Shown here: one piece after another, positions 51,762 through 61,566 of the stretch
How positions within the stretch are numbered: position 1 is the first letter of the stretch
Layout: each line of letters starts with the position of its first letter
DNA from: an uncultured Chloroflexia bacterium
GTDB taxonomy: Bacteria > Chloroflexota > Limnocylindria > Limnocylindrales > CSP1-4
Direction of reading: 5' to 3'
Assembly (NCBI GenBank): GCA_963749705.1
Contig: CAVVNQ010000003.1
Coordinates: 512,001-576,000, forward strand
DNA length: 64,000 nucleotides
Notes under the pieces: generated by a model
What the model saw: only the letters and a program-made list of their open reading frames with translations
Database searches by the model: none
Told to the model about the DNA's origin: nothing
Program-made: the position numbers and the translations under genes

Positions 51762-53523
51762 GGGAGCTCTCTGCTTCGAGGTGGACGATGATCCTGGTCC
51801 CCTGCTTCGGGGCAGTATGCACAACAAGGGTGCCACCGATCTGTTCCACCCGCTCCCGCATGGACGCGAGCCCGAAGCCGCCGTCCATGGACCCGGCCAC
51901 GGTGCCCAGGTCGAAGCCGACGCCGTCGTCCTCGATCGTAAGCGTGGTCGCCGCGGTGGCGCACTCCATCCGGACCTGGACGTGGGTCGCCCGCGAGTGC
52001 TTGCGGGTGTTGGTCAGCGCCTCCTGCACGACGCGCAGCAGCTGGACCTCGCTGCGAGGCGTCAGCGAGGCGCGGGTGTCGCCATCGCAGGTGAGGGTGG
52101 CCGCGATCCCGGTCTGCCGGCTGTACTTGCGCAGGTACTCCCGCAGGGAGCCCTCGAGCCCCGTCTCCTCGCGAACGGTCTCGCGCAGCCCCAGGATCGC
52201 CTCGCGCACGTCCTGGTAGGCCTCGTCGGCGGTGTCGGCGATCTGCGACAGCTCGGCGGCCATGGTGTAGCTCGCCTCATCCTTGGCCCGGCCCTCGAGC
52301 GCGCGCAGCTGCAGGTGGATCACGCCCAGCACCTGGGCCAGGCTGTCGTGCAGCTCGCGTGCGATCCGGTCACGCTCGGCATGGATCGTCCACTGCTCCT
52401 CGGCTTCGTGGAGACGGGCCGTCCGAACGGCGATGGTCGCCATGTCGGCCAGTGCGCCCAGCAGCGTCCGCTCGGCCTCGTTGAACGCCTGCCCCGCGCG
52501 GACCACGCACAGCTCGCCCAGGATCCCGTCAGGCCCGCGCAGCGGTCGCGCCGCCCACGTCCGGTTCGCGTCGACCGCGAGCAGCGGGCACTCGGGGTTG
52601 CGCGGGTGGATGGCGCCCGTCGCGCGGTGGACGATCAGGCAGACGCTGCCGTCGTCCGCGATCGCCATGCGCCCCTGGCCGCCGGAAGACCCCGCACGGG
52701 TGGTGTCGGTGAGGCATACGACGGCGCGATCCGCACCCAGCAGCTCCCGCGCATGACCGGAGATCGCGTCGAGGACGTCGTGCAGGTCAGCCCGGCGAGT
52801 GAGCTGGAGCGCGACCTCGTACAGCGCGGCGCGCTCCCGTTCCCGGCGATGCAGATCCGCGACCGTGAGTGCGAGCTGCGCGGCGCCCGCGATCTCGCCC
52901 GTGATGTCGGCGAGCGCGGCGGGCGAGATGTCGGGATCGACCGCCGGATGGATCACGACGCGCAGGTGTCCGATCCGGTCGCGTCCCCGGATCAGCGGCA
53001 GGTCCAGGACGCCGGTGTCGAGCTCCGCCCGGCGCGTGAACGAGGGCGTGTCCTGCTCCGGGTCTGCCGGCGCATCGAGCAGCGGGGCGAGCCAGCTGAG
53101 GCCCGTCGCAAGCGGGTCCGGCCGGCGGATCGTCAACGGGTCGCCGCCCGGGGTCAGGATCGAGACCGTGCCGGCGATGGCGCCGGTCTGCGTGATGAGC
53201 CGGTCGAGCGCCTGCCCGAGCAGGTTCGGCAGGGCGAGGCCGCCCCGGACGGCGGAGCTCACCGCGTGGGTGACGGTGAGGTCCTTGTTCCGGGCCAGCA
53301 GCTGCTTCTGGGTGCGGTCGAGGTAGATCGAGACGAAGGTCGCAAAGATGACGATCGCGCCGCCCATGATCATCGCGGACAGCACGTGGGCGTCGTCGCC
53401 GGTGACCGTGCGATCGAGGAACAGGAACCGGACCACCTCGAAGGCCCAGACGAACACGACGGGCACGATCATCGTCGCCCACTTGAGGCGGTTGAGATCG
53501 CGTGCGCCCTGGGGTTCGCTCAT
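51718..53523 (-). CDS. Membrane sensor histidine kinase with two GAF-like domains (HisKA_3)
   Basis: Two TM segments, ERDRIARELHDSLAQ, QEALTN..KH, EDDGVGF and GFGLASMRER. Confidence 0.92.
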   Translation of the reverse strand: MSEPQGARDLNRLKWATMIVPVVFVWAFEVVRFLFLDRTVTGDDAHVLSAMIMGGAIVIFATFVSIYLDRTQKQLLARNKDLTVTHAVSSAVRGGLALPNLLGQALDRLITQTGAIAGTVSILTPGGDPLTIRRPDPLATGLSWLAPLLDAPADPEQDTPSFTRRAELDTGVLDLPLIRGRDRIGHLRVVIHPAVDPDISPAALADITGEIAGAAQLALTVADLHRRERERAALYEVALQLTRRADLHDVLDAISGHARELLGADRAVVCLTDTTRAGSSGGQGRMAIADDGSVCLIVHRATGAIHPRNPECPLLAVDANRTWAARPLRGPDGILGELCVVRAGQAFNEAERTLLGALADMATIAVRTARLHEAEEQWTIHAERDRIARELHDSLAQVLGVIHLQLRALEGRAKDEASYTMAAELSQIADTADEAYQDVREAILGLRETVREETGLEGSLREYLRKYSRQTGIAATLTCDGDTRASLTPRSEVQLLRVVQEALTNTRKHSRATHVQVRMECATAATTLTIEDDGVGFDLGTVAGSMDGGFGLASMRERVEQIGGTLVVHTAPKQGTRIIVHLEAESSRGTHSAASQGAARR

Positions 53524-53640
53524 GGGTCCGACTGTGCCGTTCGATACATGCGGTGGCGAAGGGCCGTCCGGCCCGTGCATGGAGGGACCCATCGGCACCC
53601 AACCGCGTGACCCGGACCGGGCCGGCCGCGGCGGTGCGCG

Positions 53641-54732
53641 CTACGCGGGTCCGGCGTCCTCCGCCGGCGCCGCCTCGCCCGCCGCTTGCGCCGTGCTCGG
53701 CCAGCCCTCCGCGTCACCCCTGGGGCGGACCTGGACGAACTCGAACCCGAACCGGCCCTTGACGCACAGGTGCCCGCTGGTGACCGACGACTCGAGCGGG
53801 GAGGTCACCTTGACGATCGAGTTGTCCTGGACGTGGAGCGAGAGCGTGCACCCGACGCCGCAGTACGGGCAGATCGTGTCGGTCGTGGTCTGGGCGGTCT
53901 CGTCCCAGGTTCCCGCCTGCCGCATCTCGTGCTCCGACCGGAACATGAGTGCGCCGGTCGGGCAGACGCCGATGCAGTTGCCGCAGTACACGCATGCGGA
54001 CTCGGGAAGCGGAACGTCGAACTCGGTCGAGATCCGGGCATCGAACCCGCGGCCCGCGACCGAGATCGCGAACGTGTTCTGGGCATCCTCGCCGCACGCC
54101 TCGACGCACTTGTAGCAAAGGATGCAGCGGGCGTAGTCGCGGACGTACAGGTCGTTGTCGACCTTGACCGGCTGGGCGACGGTCTCGGCCGCGGGTGCGT
54201 CCCCGGCGGGAGCGTGGTGGTGTCCCGGGGCCCGGGCGTCGCGCTCTCCGGCGGCCGCGGGTGCCGCGGCCGGGCCGAACCGCTCGGGGTGCGCCCCGTA
54301 CCGGCGGGCGTAGCGGGCGAGGTCGCCATCGGGTGCCTCGGGTCCGGCCAGCGAGAGGTCGACCGAGGAGCCGAGCAGCTCCAGGACCATCCGGCGCGCT
54401 TCGCGGACGCGCTCGCTGTCGGTCTGGACCTCCATCCCCGGCTCGACCTTGCGCGAGCACGCCGGGACGAGGACGCGCGAGCCGGCGACCTCCACCACGC
54501 ACACCCGGCAGACGTTGACCGGCGCGAGCGTCTCCAGGTAGCACAGCGTCGGCGTGTCGATGCCCACCGACCGGGCGGCCTCGAGGATCGTGGAGCCGGC
54601 CGGGACGGTCACGCCGGCGCCGTCGATCGACAGCTCGACGGCCGGAACGTCGGGTGCCGGCGGTGGCTCGGGCGGCCGCGAGGGACGCGCCGGCGGCTCG
54701 AAGAAGATGCGGGCGACGTCGTCGACGCTCAT
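53641..54732 (-). CDS. Fe-S subunit of formate dehydrogenase (NuoG/FdhA N-terminal part)
   Basis: 2Fe-2S ligands (TLC...CRVC...PAC), two 4Fe-4S motifs (CILCYKCVEAC, CVYCGNCIGVCP), and the molybdopterin-enzyme Fe4S4 motif CPYCGVGC...LCVKGRFG. Confidence 0.9.
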   Translation of the reverse strand: MSVDDVARIFFEPPARPSRPPEPPPAPDVPAVELSIDGAGVTVPAGSTILEAARSVGIDTPTLCYLETLAPVNVCRVCVVEVAGSRVLVPACSRKVEPGMEVQTDSERVREARRMVLELLGSSVDLSLAGPEAPDGDLARYARRYGAHPERFGPAAAPAAAGERDARAPGHHHAPAGDAPAAETVAQPVKVDNDLYVRDYARCILCYKCVEACGEDAQNTFAISVAGRGFDARISTEFDVPLPESACVYCGNCIGVCPTGALMFRSEHEMRQAGTWDETAQTTTDTICPYCGVGCTLSLHVQDNSIVKVTSPLESSVTSGHLCVKGRFGFEFVQVRPRGDAEGWPSTAQAAGEAAPAEDAGPA

Positions 54733-56684
54733 CGGGCTCCCCCCATGGCGGCTGGGGCATCGTCGAAGCGGACGAGGCCGGCGCGGAACGCACTCTCGAT
54801 CGCCGAGGACGCGGTCTGGCCGAGGCCGCAGATCGAGGCGTCGCGCATCGCGCGCGAGAGATCCGCGAACAGCTCCGCCTCCTGCGCGTAGGATCCCAGC
54901 GGTGCGCCGGCGGCGAGGCGGGCGAGCAGCTCCTCCTGGCGGACGGTGCCCACCCGGCACGGGACGCACTGGCCACACGACTCGTCGCGGAAGAACGCCG
55001 CGATCCGTCGCAGCGCGCCGACGAGGTCTGCCGCCTCGTCGAACACCATCACCACGCCCGAGCCCAGGGTCACGCCCGCCTCCCGGGTGCCCTCGAACGT
55101 GAGCGGCGTGTCGAGCCGGTCCGGGCCGACGAACGCCCCCGCCGCTCCGCCCAGGAGCACCGCCTGGATCGCGCGGCCGTGCGGGACCCCGCCGGCGAGC
55201 TCGATCAGCTGCCGCAGGGTCGCCCCGAACGGCAGCTCGTAGACGCCGGGCCGGGCCACGTTGCCCGACACGCAGAACAGCTTGGGACCGGTCGAGCCCT
55301 CGGTGCCGATCGCCGCGTAGGCGTCAGCGCCGAGGCGCAGGATCAGCGGGACGTTGACCAGGGTCTCGACGTTGTTGACGGCCGTCGGCCGCCCGAACAG
55401 GCCGACCTCGACGGGGAACGGCGGCTTGTTGCGAGGCTCGGGACGTCCGCCCTCGATCGACTCGAACAGCGCCGTCTCCTCGCCCGCGATGTAGGCGCCG
55501 GCGCCGATCCGAAGCTCGATGTCGAACGCCCAGCCGCTGCCGGCCACATCCCCGCCCAGCATGCCCGCTGCACGCACCTCGGCCAGCGCATGCTCCAGGC
55601 GCTGCCGCGCGAGCGGGTACTCGCCGCGCAGGTAGAGATAGCCCCGCGACGCGCCTACGGCGAGCCCGGCGATCGTCATCGCCTCGAGCAGGGCGAACGG
55701 GTCCTCCTCGAGGATCACGCGGTCCTTGAACGTCCCGGGCTCCGACTCGTCGGCGTTGCACACCACGTAGCGGGGCGTCACCGGCTGCGCGGCGACGGCG
55801 GCCCACTTCCGGCCGGTCGGGAACGCGGCGCCGCCGCGACCCACGAGCCTCGCGTTGGTCACCTCCGTGATCACGGCATCGGGTCCGACGGCCATCGCCC
55901 GGGCGAGCGCCTCGTAGCCGCCCGCGGCCCGGTACGCATCGAGCGAGGTCGGGTCGACGCGACCGACGCGGGCGAGCAGCTGGAGGCCGTCCTCGCCTGC
56001 CTGAGGCGCCAGCCCGCGAACCCATTCGACCGGGTCGGCTCGCGCATCGCCCAGCTCCGTCGCGACGCGGCCCCCGCCCTCGCGGGCGACCCCGACGGCC
56101 CAGTCCAGCGTCTCGAGCAGCCCGCCGCCGTCCTCGATCTCGCCCACGACCATCGCCCCGGCCGTCTCGCCGGCAACGGTCAGCAGCGCCGCCGTTCCGC
56201 GCTCGCACTGCCCCAGGCACGGGCTGCGCAGCCACGTCGCGTTGCCATCGCCGATGGGGGCACCGGGTGGACCGGCGAGACGCTCGAGCTCGGCGCACAC
56301 GGCCTCGGCGCCGGCGAGCCGGCAGGCGATGTCGTCGCACACGTGGGCGACCACGGGCGGCCGCGGCGTCGTGGACAGCAGCGAGTAGAACGACGCGACG
56401 CCGTACGCGTCCGCGGGCGGCACGGTGAGGCGCCTCGAGATGTGGTTGAGGGCGCCCCGGCTCACCCAGCCCGCCTGTCCGGCGGCGGCTTCGAGCGCCG
56501 GGAGGAGGAGGTCGCGGCGCGCCCTCGCCTGGTGACCCCCGCGGGCGACGTGGCCGTCGAGACCGGTATCCCGCGCACCGCCGGACCAGCCGTCGCGGGC
56601 GGGCCCGATCTCCGGGTCGAGGACAGCATCGATCGCGGCCCGCTCCTCGGGGCTCGCGGCGGGACCGACGACGTGGAGGTCCAT
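54729..56684 (-). CDS. NuoE-NuoF fusion (NAD(H)/FMN diaphorase subunit of FDH)
   Basis: ASFY, CDDIAC and CLGQC (NuoE); GRGGAAFPTG, NADESEPG, GAYIAGEET and ESCGQCVPCR (NuoF). Confidence 0.92.
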   Translation of the reverse strand: MDLHVVGPAASPEERAAIDAVLDPEIGPARDGWSGGARDTGLDGHVARGGHQARARRDLLLPALEAAAGQAGWVSRGALNHISRRLTVPPADAYGVASFYSLLSTTPRPPVVAHVCDDIACRLAGAEAVCAELERLAGPPGAPIGDGNATWLRSPCLGQCERGTAALLTVAGETAGAMVVGEIEDGGGLLETLDWAVGVAREGGGRVATELGDARADPVEWVRGLAPQAGEDGLQLLARVGRVDPTSLDAYRAAGGYEALARAMAVGPDAVITEVTNARLVGRGGAAFPTGRKWAAVAAQPVTPRYVVCNADESEPGTFKDRVILEEDPFALLEAMTIAGLAVGASRGYLYLRGEYPLARQRLEHALAEVRAAGMLGGDVAGSGWAFDIELRIGAGAYIAGEETALFESIEGGRPEPRNKPPFPVEVGLFGRPTAVNNVETLVNVPLILRLGADAYAAIGTEGSTGPKLFCVSGNVARPGVYELPFGATLRQLIELAGGVPHGRAIQAVLLGGAAGAFVGPDRLDTPLTFEGTREAGVTLGSGVVMVFDEAADLVGALRRIAAFFRDESCGQCVPCRVGTVRQEELLARLAAGAPLGSYAQEAELFADLSRAMRDASICGLGQTASSAIESAFRAGLVRFDDAPAAMGGAR

Positions 56685-56799
56685 GGTTCCCGAGTGTAGT
56701 GCGGTCGGTCGTGTCCCGGATTCCCGCCGCGCGGCGGAGCGCGGCCGAATGCGCCGCGGTGTGGCCGGCCGGATCGGCTGCCGCAACACGGTCCCGCGT

Positions 56800-57447
56800 T
56801 CAAACGGGCGGGAGGTCCAGCCAGCCCTCGCGCAGCGCCCGGGTCGCCAGCTCGGTTCGCGACGCGATCCCGAAGCGCTCGAACAGCCGGGCGAGGTGCG
56901 TCTCCACGGTCTTGGCGCCGATCGAGAGCGCGACGGCGATCTCGTCGTTGGACCGGCCTTCGATGACCAGGGCCACGACATCGAGCTCGCGACGCGAGAG
57001 CCGCGCGCGGTCGGCCGCCCGCGGACGGACCCCGAACGCGAGCCCGCCGGCGGCCGCGCGCCGGATCGCGTCGAGCAGCTCGCTCATCGGTGCGGTCTTG
57101 AGCACGAAACCGGCCGCGCCGAGCCGCAGGGCCGCCTCGGCGTACTGGGGGTAGTCGTATGCGGTGAGCACCACGATCGCGGGCCGCGGTCGGTCGGTGC
57201 GCGCATCGTTGAGCAGGTTGAGCCCGCTGTCGGTCCCCAGCCGGATGTCGAGCAGGACGACGTCGACATCGGTGCCCGCGATCAGCGCGCGCGCCTCCGC
57301 GAGCGAGCCCGCGGTTCCCACGATCGAGAGCCCGACCTGCTTCGCGAGGATGGCCGCCGTCCCTTCGCGCACCACCGGGTGGTCGTCGATGACCATGACC
57401 CGGATCGGCCTGACGGGGTCACCCGCGTCGGTCACCGCGCTCGCCAT
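56800..57447 (-). CDS. NarL/LuxR-family response regulator
   Basis: VIDDHPVVREG, LLDIRL and LSRRELDV...SNDEIA...KTVETHL. Confidence 0.92.
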   Translation of the reverse strand: MASAVTDAGDPVRPIRVMVIDDHPVVREGTAAILAKQVGLSIVGTAGSLAEARALIAGTDVDVVLLDIRLGTDSGLNLLNDARTDRPRPAIVVLTAYDYPQYAEAALRLGAAGFVLKTAPMSELLDAIRRAAAGGLAFGVRPRAADRARLSRRELDVVALVIEGRSNDEIAVALSIGAKTVETHLARLFERFGIASRTELATRALREGWLDLPPV

Positions 57448-59156
57448 TCGAGCCCGACGTGCGTGCCGCCCTTGGGCCACCGGCGGATGTCGAGGATCGC
57501 GCCGATGCCCTCGGCCCGCTGCTGCATGTTGAGGAGGCCGAAGTGGCCCTCTCGCTCGGCACGGTCCCCGGCGTCGGATGCGATCCCGGCGCCCTCGTCG
57601 TCGATCGTCAGCGAGGCGATTCCCTGGCTCGACCGGTACCGGACGGTGATCGGCGGCCGCCCGTGCTTGACGGCGTTGGACAGCGCCTCCTGGGCAACCC
57701 GGAAGAAGGCGAGCTCCACGTCCGCCGGTGGTCGCGTCCCGTCCGCTCGCTCGAGGCGGACCTCGCCGCCGGCGAGCCGCTCGATCCGCAGCACCAGCCA
57801 GTCGAGCGCCGGCCCCACGCCGAGGTCATCGAGGATGGGCAGGCGCAGGTCGCCGCAGATCGCCCGCAGCCGGTCCGAAACGGTCCGCGCGATGTCCGCA
57901 CCCTCGGTGTCGCCGGCCGCGTCGAGCCGGCGGACGAGCAGCGTCAGCTCCTGGAGGGCATCGTCGTGGATGTCCGCCGCCACCCGCGCCCGCTCGGCCT
58001 CGGTGGCCGCGACGACGAGGTCGCGCTGGAGCTGCGCGCGGCTCGCGAGCCTGGCCAGCGGACGCACGGTGAACCGGCCCGCCAGCGCGATCGCCGCGAT
58101 CCACAGCAGGAACACGATCAGGTACGAGGAGGACGCGGTCAGCAGGGCGATCACCGGCGTGACGCCGGCGAGCGCGAGCTCCGTGGATTGCAGGAGCCGG
58201 CCGCTGGCCGCCGCCTCGCCGCCGGCGGCGACGGGCGCGCGCGACGCCCCCGGCAGCAGGGGTCCCGCGGCGATGAACCCCGGGATGGCGACGATCCCGG
58301 CTGCCAGCAGGGCCGTGGGCAGCTCGAGGCCCGGTGCGGCCGGGTTCGCGGCGCTCGCGAGGCCGGTCACGATCGCTGCGACGGCGCAGGTCGCGGTCCC
58401 GGTCACGGCCATGGAGCGGTCCTGCGGGTCGTCGATCCGCGCGAGCAGCGCGGCCGCGAGCGGCAGCAGGGTCGCGGGCAGCAGCACCGCGAGCAGGACC
58501 CCCGCGGCCGGCATCCACACGCGCGTCAGCGGCTGCACCAGGAACGGGCCCGCGGTGGCCAGGGCGAGGGGCAGGCCGAGATCGCGGAGCGAGGCGCCGG
58601 CGCGGCCGGTGACCATCCACCAGGCGGTCGCGAACAGGACGCCGATCCCGAACACGACCAGCAGGATCGAGTCCCGGAGGCGGTTCTGGCCGTCGTCGCC
58701 GATGAACGCCGTGTACCCCTGGTTGTCGGGGCTCCACGTCGCGAGGTCGCCGGCCCTGATGGCGGTCAGGTCCGTCACCGGCGCGTTGGCCAGCGACTGG
58801 AGCACGTCCTCGGGCAGGCCGAGCGAGACCGGAAGCGCCGGATCCCACGTGTACGAGGGTTCCGGAATGTCGCCCGTCACCGGGTCCGGGGTCGCTTCGG
58901 TCGTCGCGTAGACCGGCTCCGGCATCCGGATCAGCTGCCGGTCGTTGAGCATGATCGCGACCATGCCCGGCTCGATCCCGTACCTCGCGGCCGGACCGGC
59001 CGGATCGACCGTCCACACGACCACGCGTCCGTCCGACACGATCAGCTGGAGCCCGGGCCCGTTCCTGGCGATCACCGGCGTCAGCAGGCCGATGACGACG
59101 GCGACCAGGCCGATGACGATGGCCGCCCGCTCGATCCGTGCCCGTGTGATGGCCAT
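57432..59156 (-). CDS. Multi-TM sensor histidine kinase (HisKA_3) with a PDZ-like extracellular part
   Basis: GPAARYGIEPG, several TM segments, ERARVAADIHDD, QEALSNAVKH and HFGLLNM. Confidence 0.88.
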   Translation of the reverse strand: MAITRARIERAAIVIGLVAVVIGLLTPVIARNGPGLQLIVSDGRVVVWTVDPAGPAARYGIEPGMVAIMLNDRQLIRMPEPVYATTEATPDPVTGDIPEPSYTWDPALPVSLGLPEDVLQSLANAPVTDLTAIRAGDLATWSPDNQGYTAFIGDDGQNRLRDSILLVVFGIGVLFATAWWMVTGRAGASLRDLGLPLALATAGPFLVQPLTRVWMPAAGVLLAVLLPATLLPLAAALLARIDDPQDRSMAVTGTATCAVAAIVTGLASAANPAAPGLELPTALLAAGIVAIPGFIAAGPLLPGASRAPVAAGGEAAASGRLLQSTELALAGVTPVIALLTASSSYLIVFLLWIAAIALAGRFTVRPLARLASRAQLQRDLVVAATEAERARVAADIHDDALQELTLLVRRLDAAGDTEGADIARTVSDRLRAICGDLRLPILDDLGVGPALDWLVLRIERLAGGEVRLERADGTRPPADVELAFFRVAQEALSNAVKHGRPPITVRYRSSQGIASLTIDDEGAGIASDAGDRAEREGHFGLLNMQQRAEGIGAILDIRRWPKGGTHVGLEWRAR

Positions 59157-59265
59157 GGCCCGACGGTAGCACCGGGTCGGGGCGCCCGAGGTCCGGGAGA
59201 TCCCGGAACGCTCGTCCGTCGTCCGACGGGTTCGCAGCCGTTGCGGTCATCATCATGCTGGCTTC

Positions 59266-60158
<893 letters not shown>

Positions 60159-60162
<4 letters not shown>

Positions 60163-61100
60163 CGCGGCTGGACGTGCGGCTCACGCTGCGCCTGTACCGG
60201 TTCGAGATCATCACCTTCGGGACGTTGGTCGGGTTGCTCGCGATCGCCGCCGTGGTGACGGCGGACATGCTGGACGCGACGGGCTACGGCGCGAGCTGCT
60301 GGACGGGCATCGGGACACCCGACTGCGAGTCGATGGGCCGCGCATTCTGGGCGCTCCAGCAGCCACGCGTGCCGCTGATCCACGCGTGCCTGGTCGCGCT
60401 GCCGTACCTGCTCGCCGCACTGGTGGGTGCGCCGCTGGTCGCCCGGGAGCTGGAGCGCGGGACGACGCGCCTGGCCTGGTCGCTCGCTCCATCCCGGGTT
60501 GGCTGGCTGGTCAGCCGGGTCGTGCCGATCGCGGTCATCACGCTCGTGCCGGCGCTGGTGGCCGGGCTGGCCCTCGACCGTCTCTTGGCCGCCGTCACGC
60601 CGGGCACGGACGTGGCCAACGCATTCGACGCGTTCGGTGATCGCGGTGTCGTCCTGGCGGCCAGGGTGATGTTCGTGTTCGCCGTGGGCGTGCCCATCGG
60701 CGCGATCGTTGGGCGGATGCTGCCGGCGCTGATCGTGGCCATGGTGGTCGGTGCGGTGGGAATCGCCGGTGGCTCGTATGTCCACAGCCGGATCCTCGCG
60801 TCGGAGGCGGTCTGGGTCGACACGGCGTCAGGATCCGGCGCCCCCGGCGACCTGTTCTTCGACCAGCGGATCCGGACCCCGGACGGCGCGATGGTGACCT
60901 GGGACGAGCTGTTCTCGCTGGTCCCCCAGCCGGAGGATGGATCGGACTGGCCGCCGCCCGGCTACACGTTCGTGGCCCTGGTGGTTCCCGGCACGCGCTA
61001 CGGGTTCGTCGAGCTGCGCGAGGTCGGGGCGCTCGCCGGCGCCAGCCTGGTCGCGCTCGGGCTCGCCGCGTTCACCGTCCGGCGCCGGCGGCCCGGCTGA
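60159..61100 (+). CDS. ABC transporter permease
   Basis: GTGA overlap with the ATPase gene; GAPLVARELERGT..LAW; multiple TM segments. Confidence 0.85.
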
Positions 61101-61126
61101 GGGGCGCCTCGACGGGATGACGGCCG

Positions 61127-61208
61127 TGCCCGCCTCCCGACGGACGGGATGCGCGCCTCCCGACGGATGGGATGCCCGCCTCCCGACGGCACCCGATGCC
61201 CGCCCCCG
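61127..61208. repeat. Intergenic tandem repeat, about 3.5 x 23 bp
   Basis: Units TGC(C/G)CGCCTCCCGACGG...GA start at 61127, 61150, 61173 and 61197 (last one partial). Confidence 0.75.
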
Positions 61209-61212
61209 CGCG

Positions 61213-61566
61213 TCAGGCGCTGCCCGTGGTTCCCCAGCCCGTGTACTCGCCCCCGTGCTCGGCGGCGAACGCGCCGAGCTGCTCGCGGATGGCGGTGATC
61301 CGCTCGAGCGTCACGACCATCGGGAACGCGACCCGCACCGCCCAGCTGCGGCCCATCAGGCTCGGGTTGAGCCGCACCGTCCCGCCGCTGCTGGCGAGCT
61401 TGGCCACGACCTGACGCGCCGATCGCTCGTCGGGAAGCGTCAGGAAGTGCTCGACGGTCATCGGGCGCGACATGTCGACACCGGCCGCGACCAGCTTCGC
61501 GATGAGCTGTGCGTCGCCGTCACCCGCGTCGTCGGGGGCGCCGAACAGCCTGCGGATCATGCTCAC
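61213..61566 (-). CDS. RraB-like (ribonuclease E inhibitor family) small protein
   Basis: L...GVDMSRPMTVEHF...A.EHGGEYTGWG pattern; overlaps the fdh stop. Confidence 0.7.
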   Translation of the reverse strand: MSMIRRLFGAPDDAGDGDAQLIAKLVAAGVDMSRPMTVEHFLTLPDERSARQVVAKLASSGGTVRLNPSLMGRSWAVRVAFPMVVTLERITAIREQLGAFAAEHGGEYTGWGTTGSA

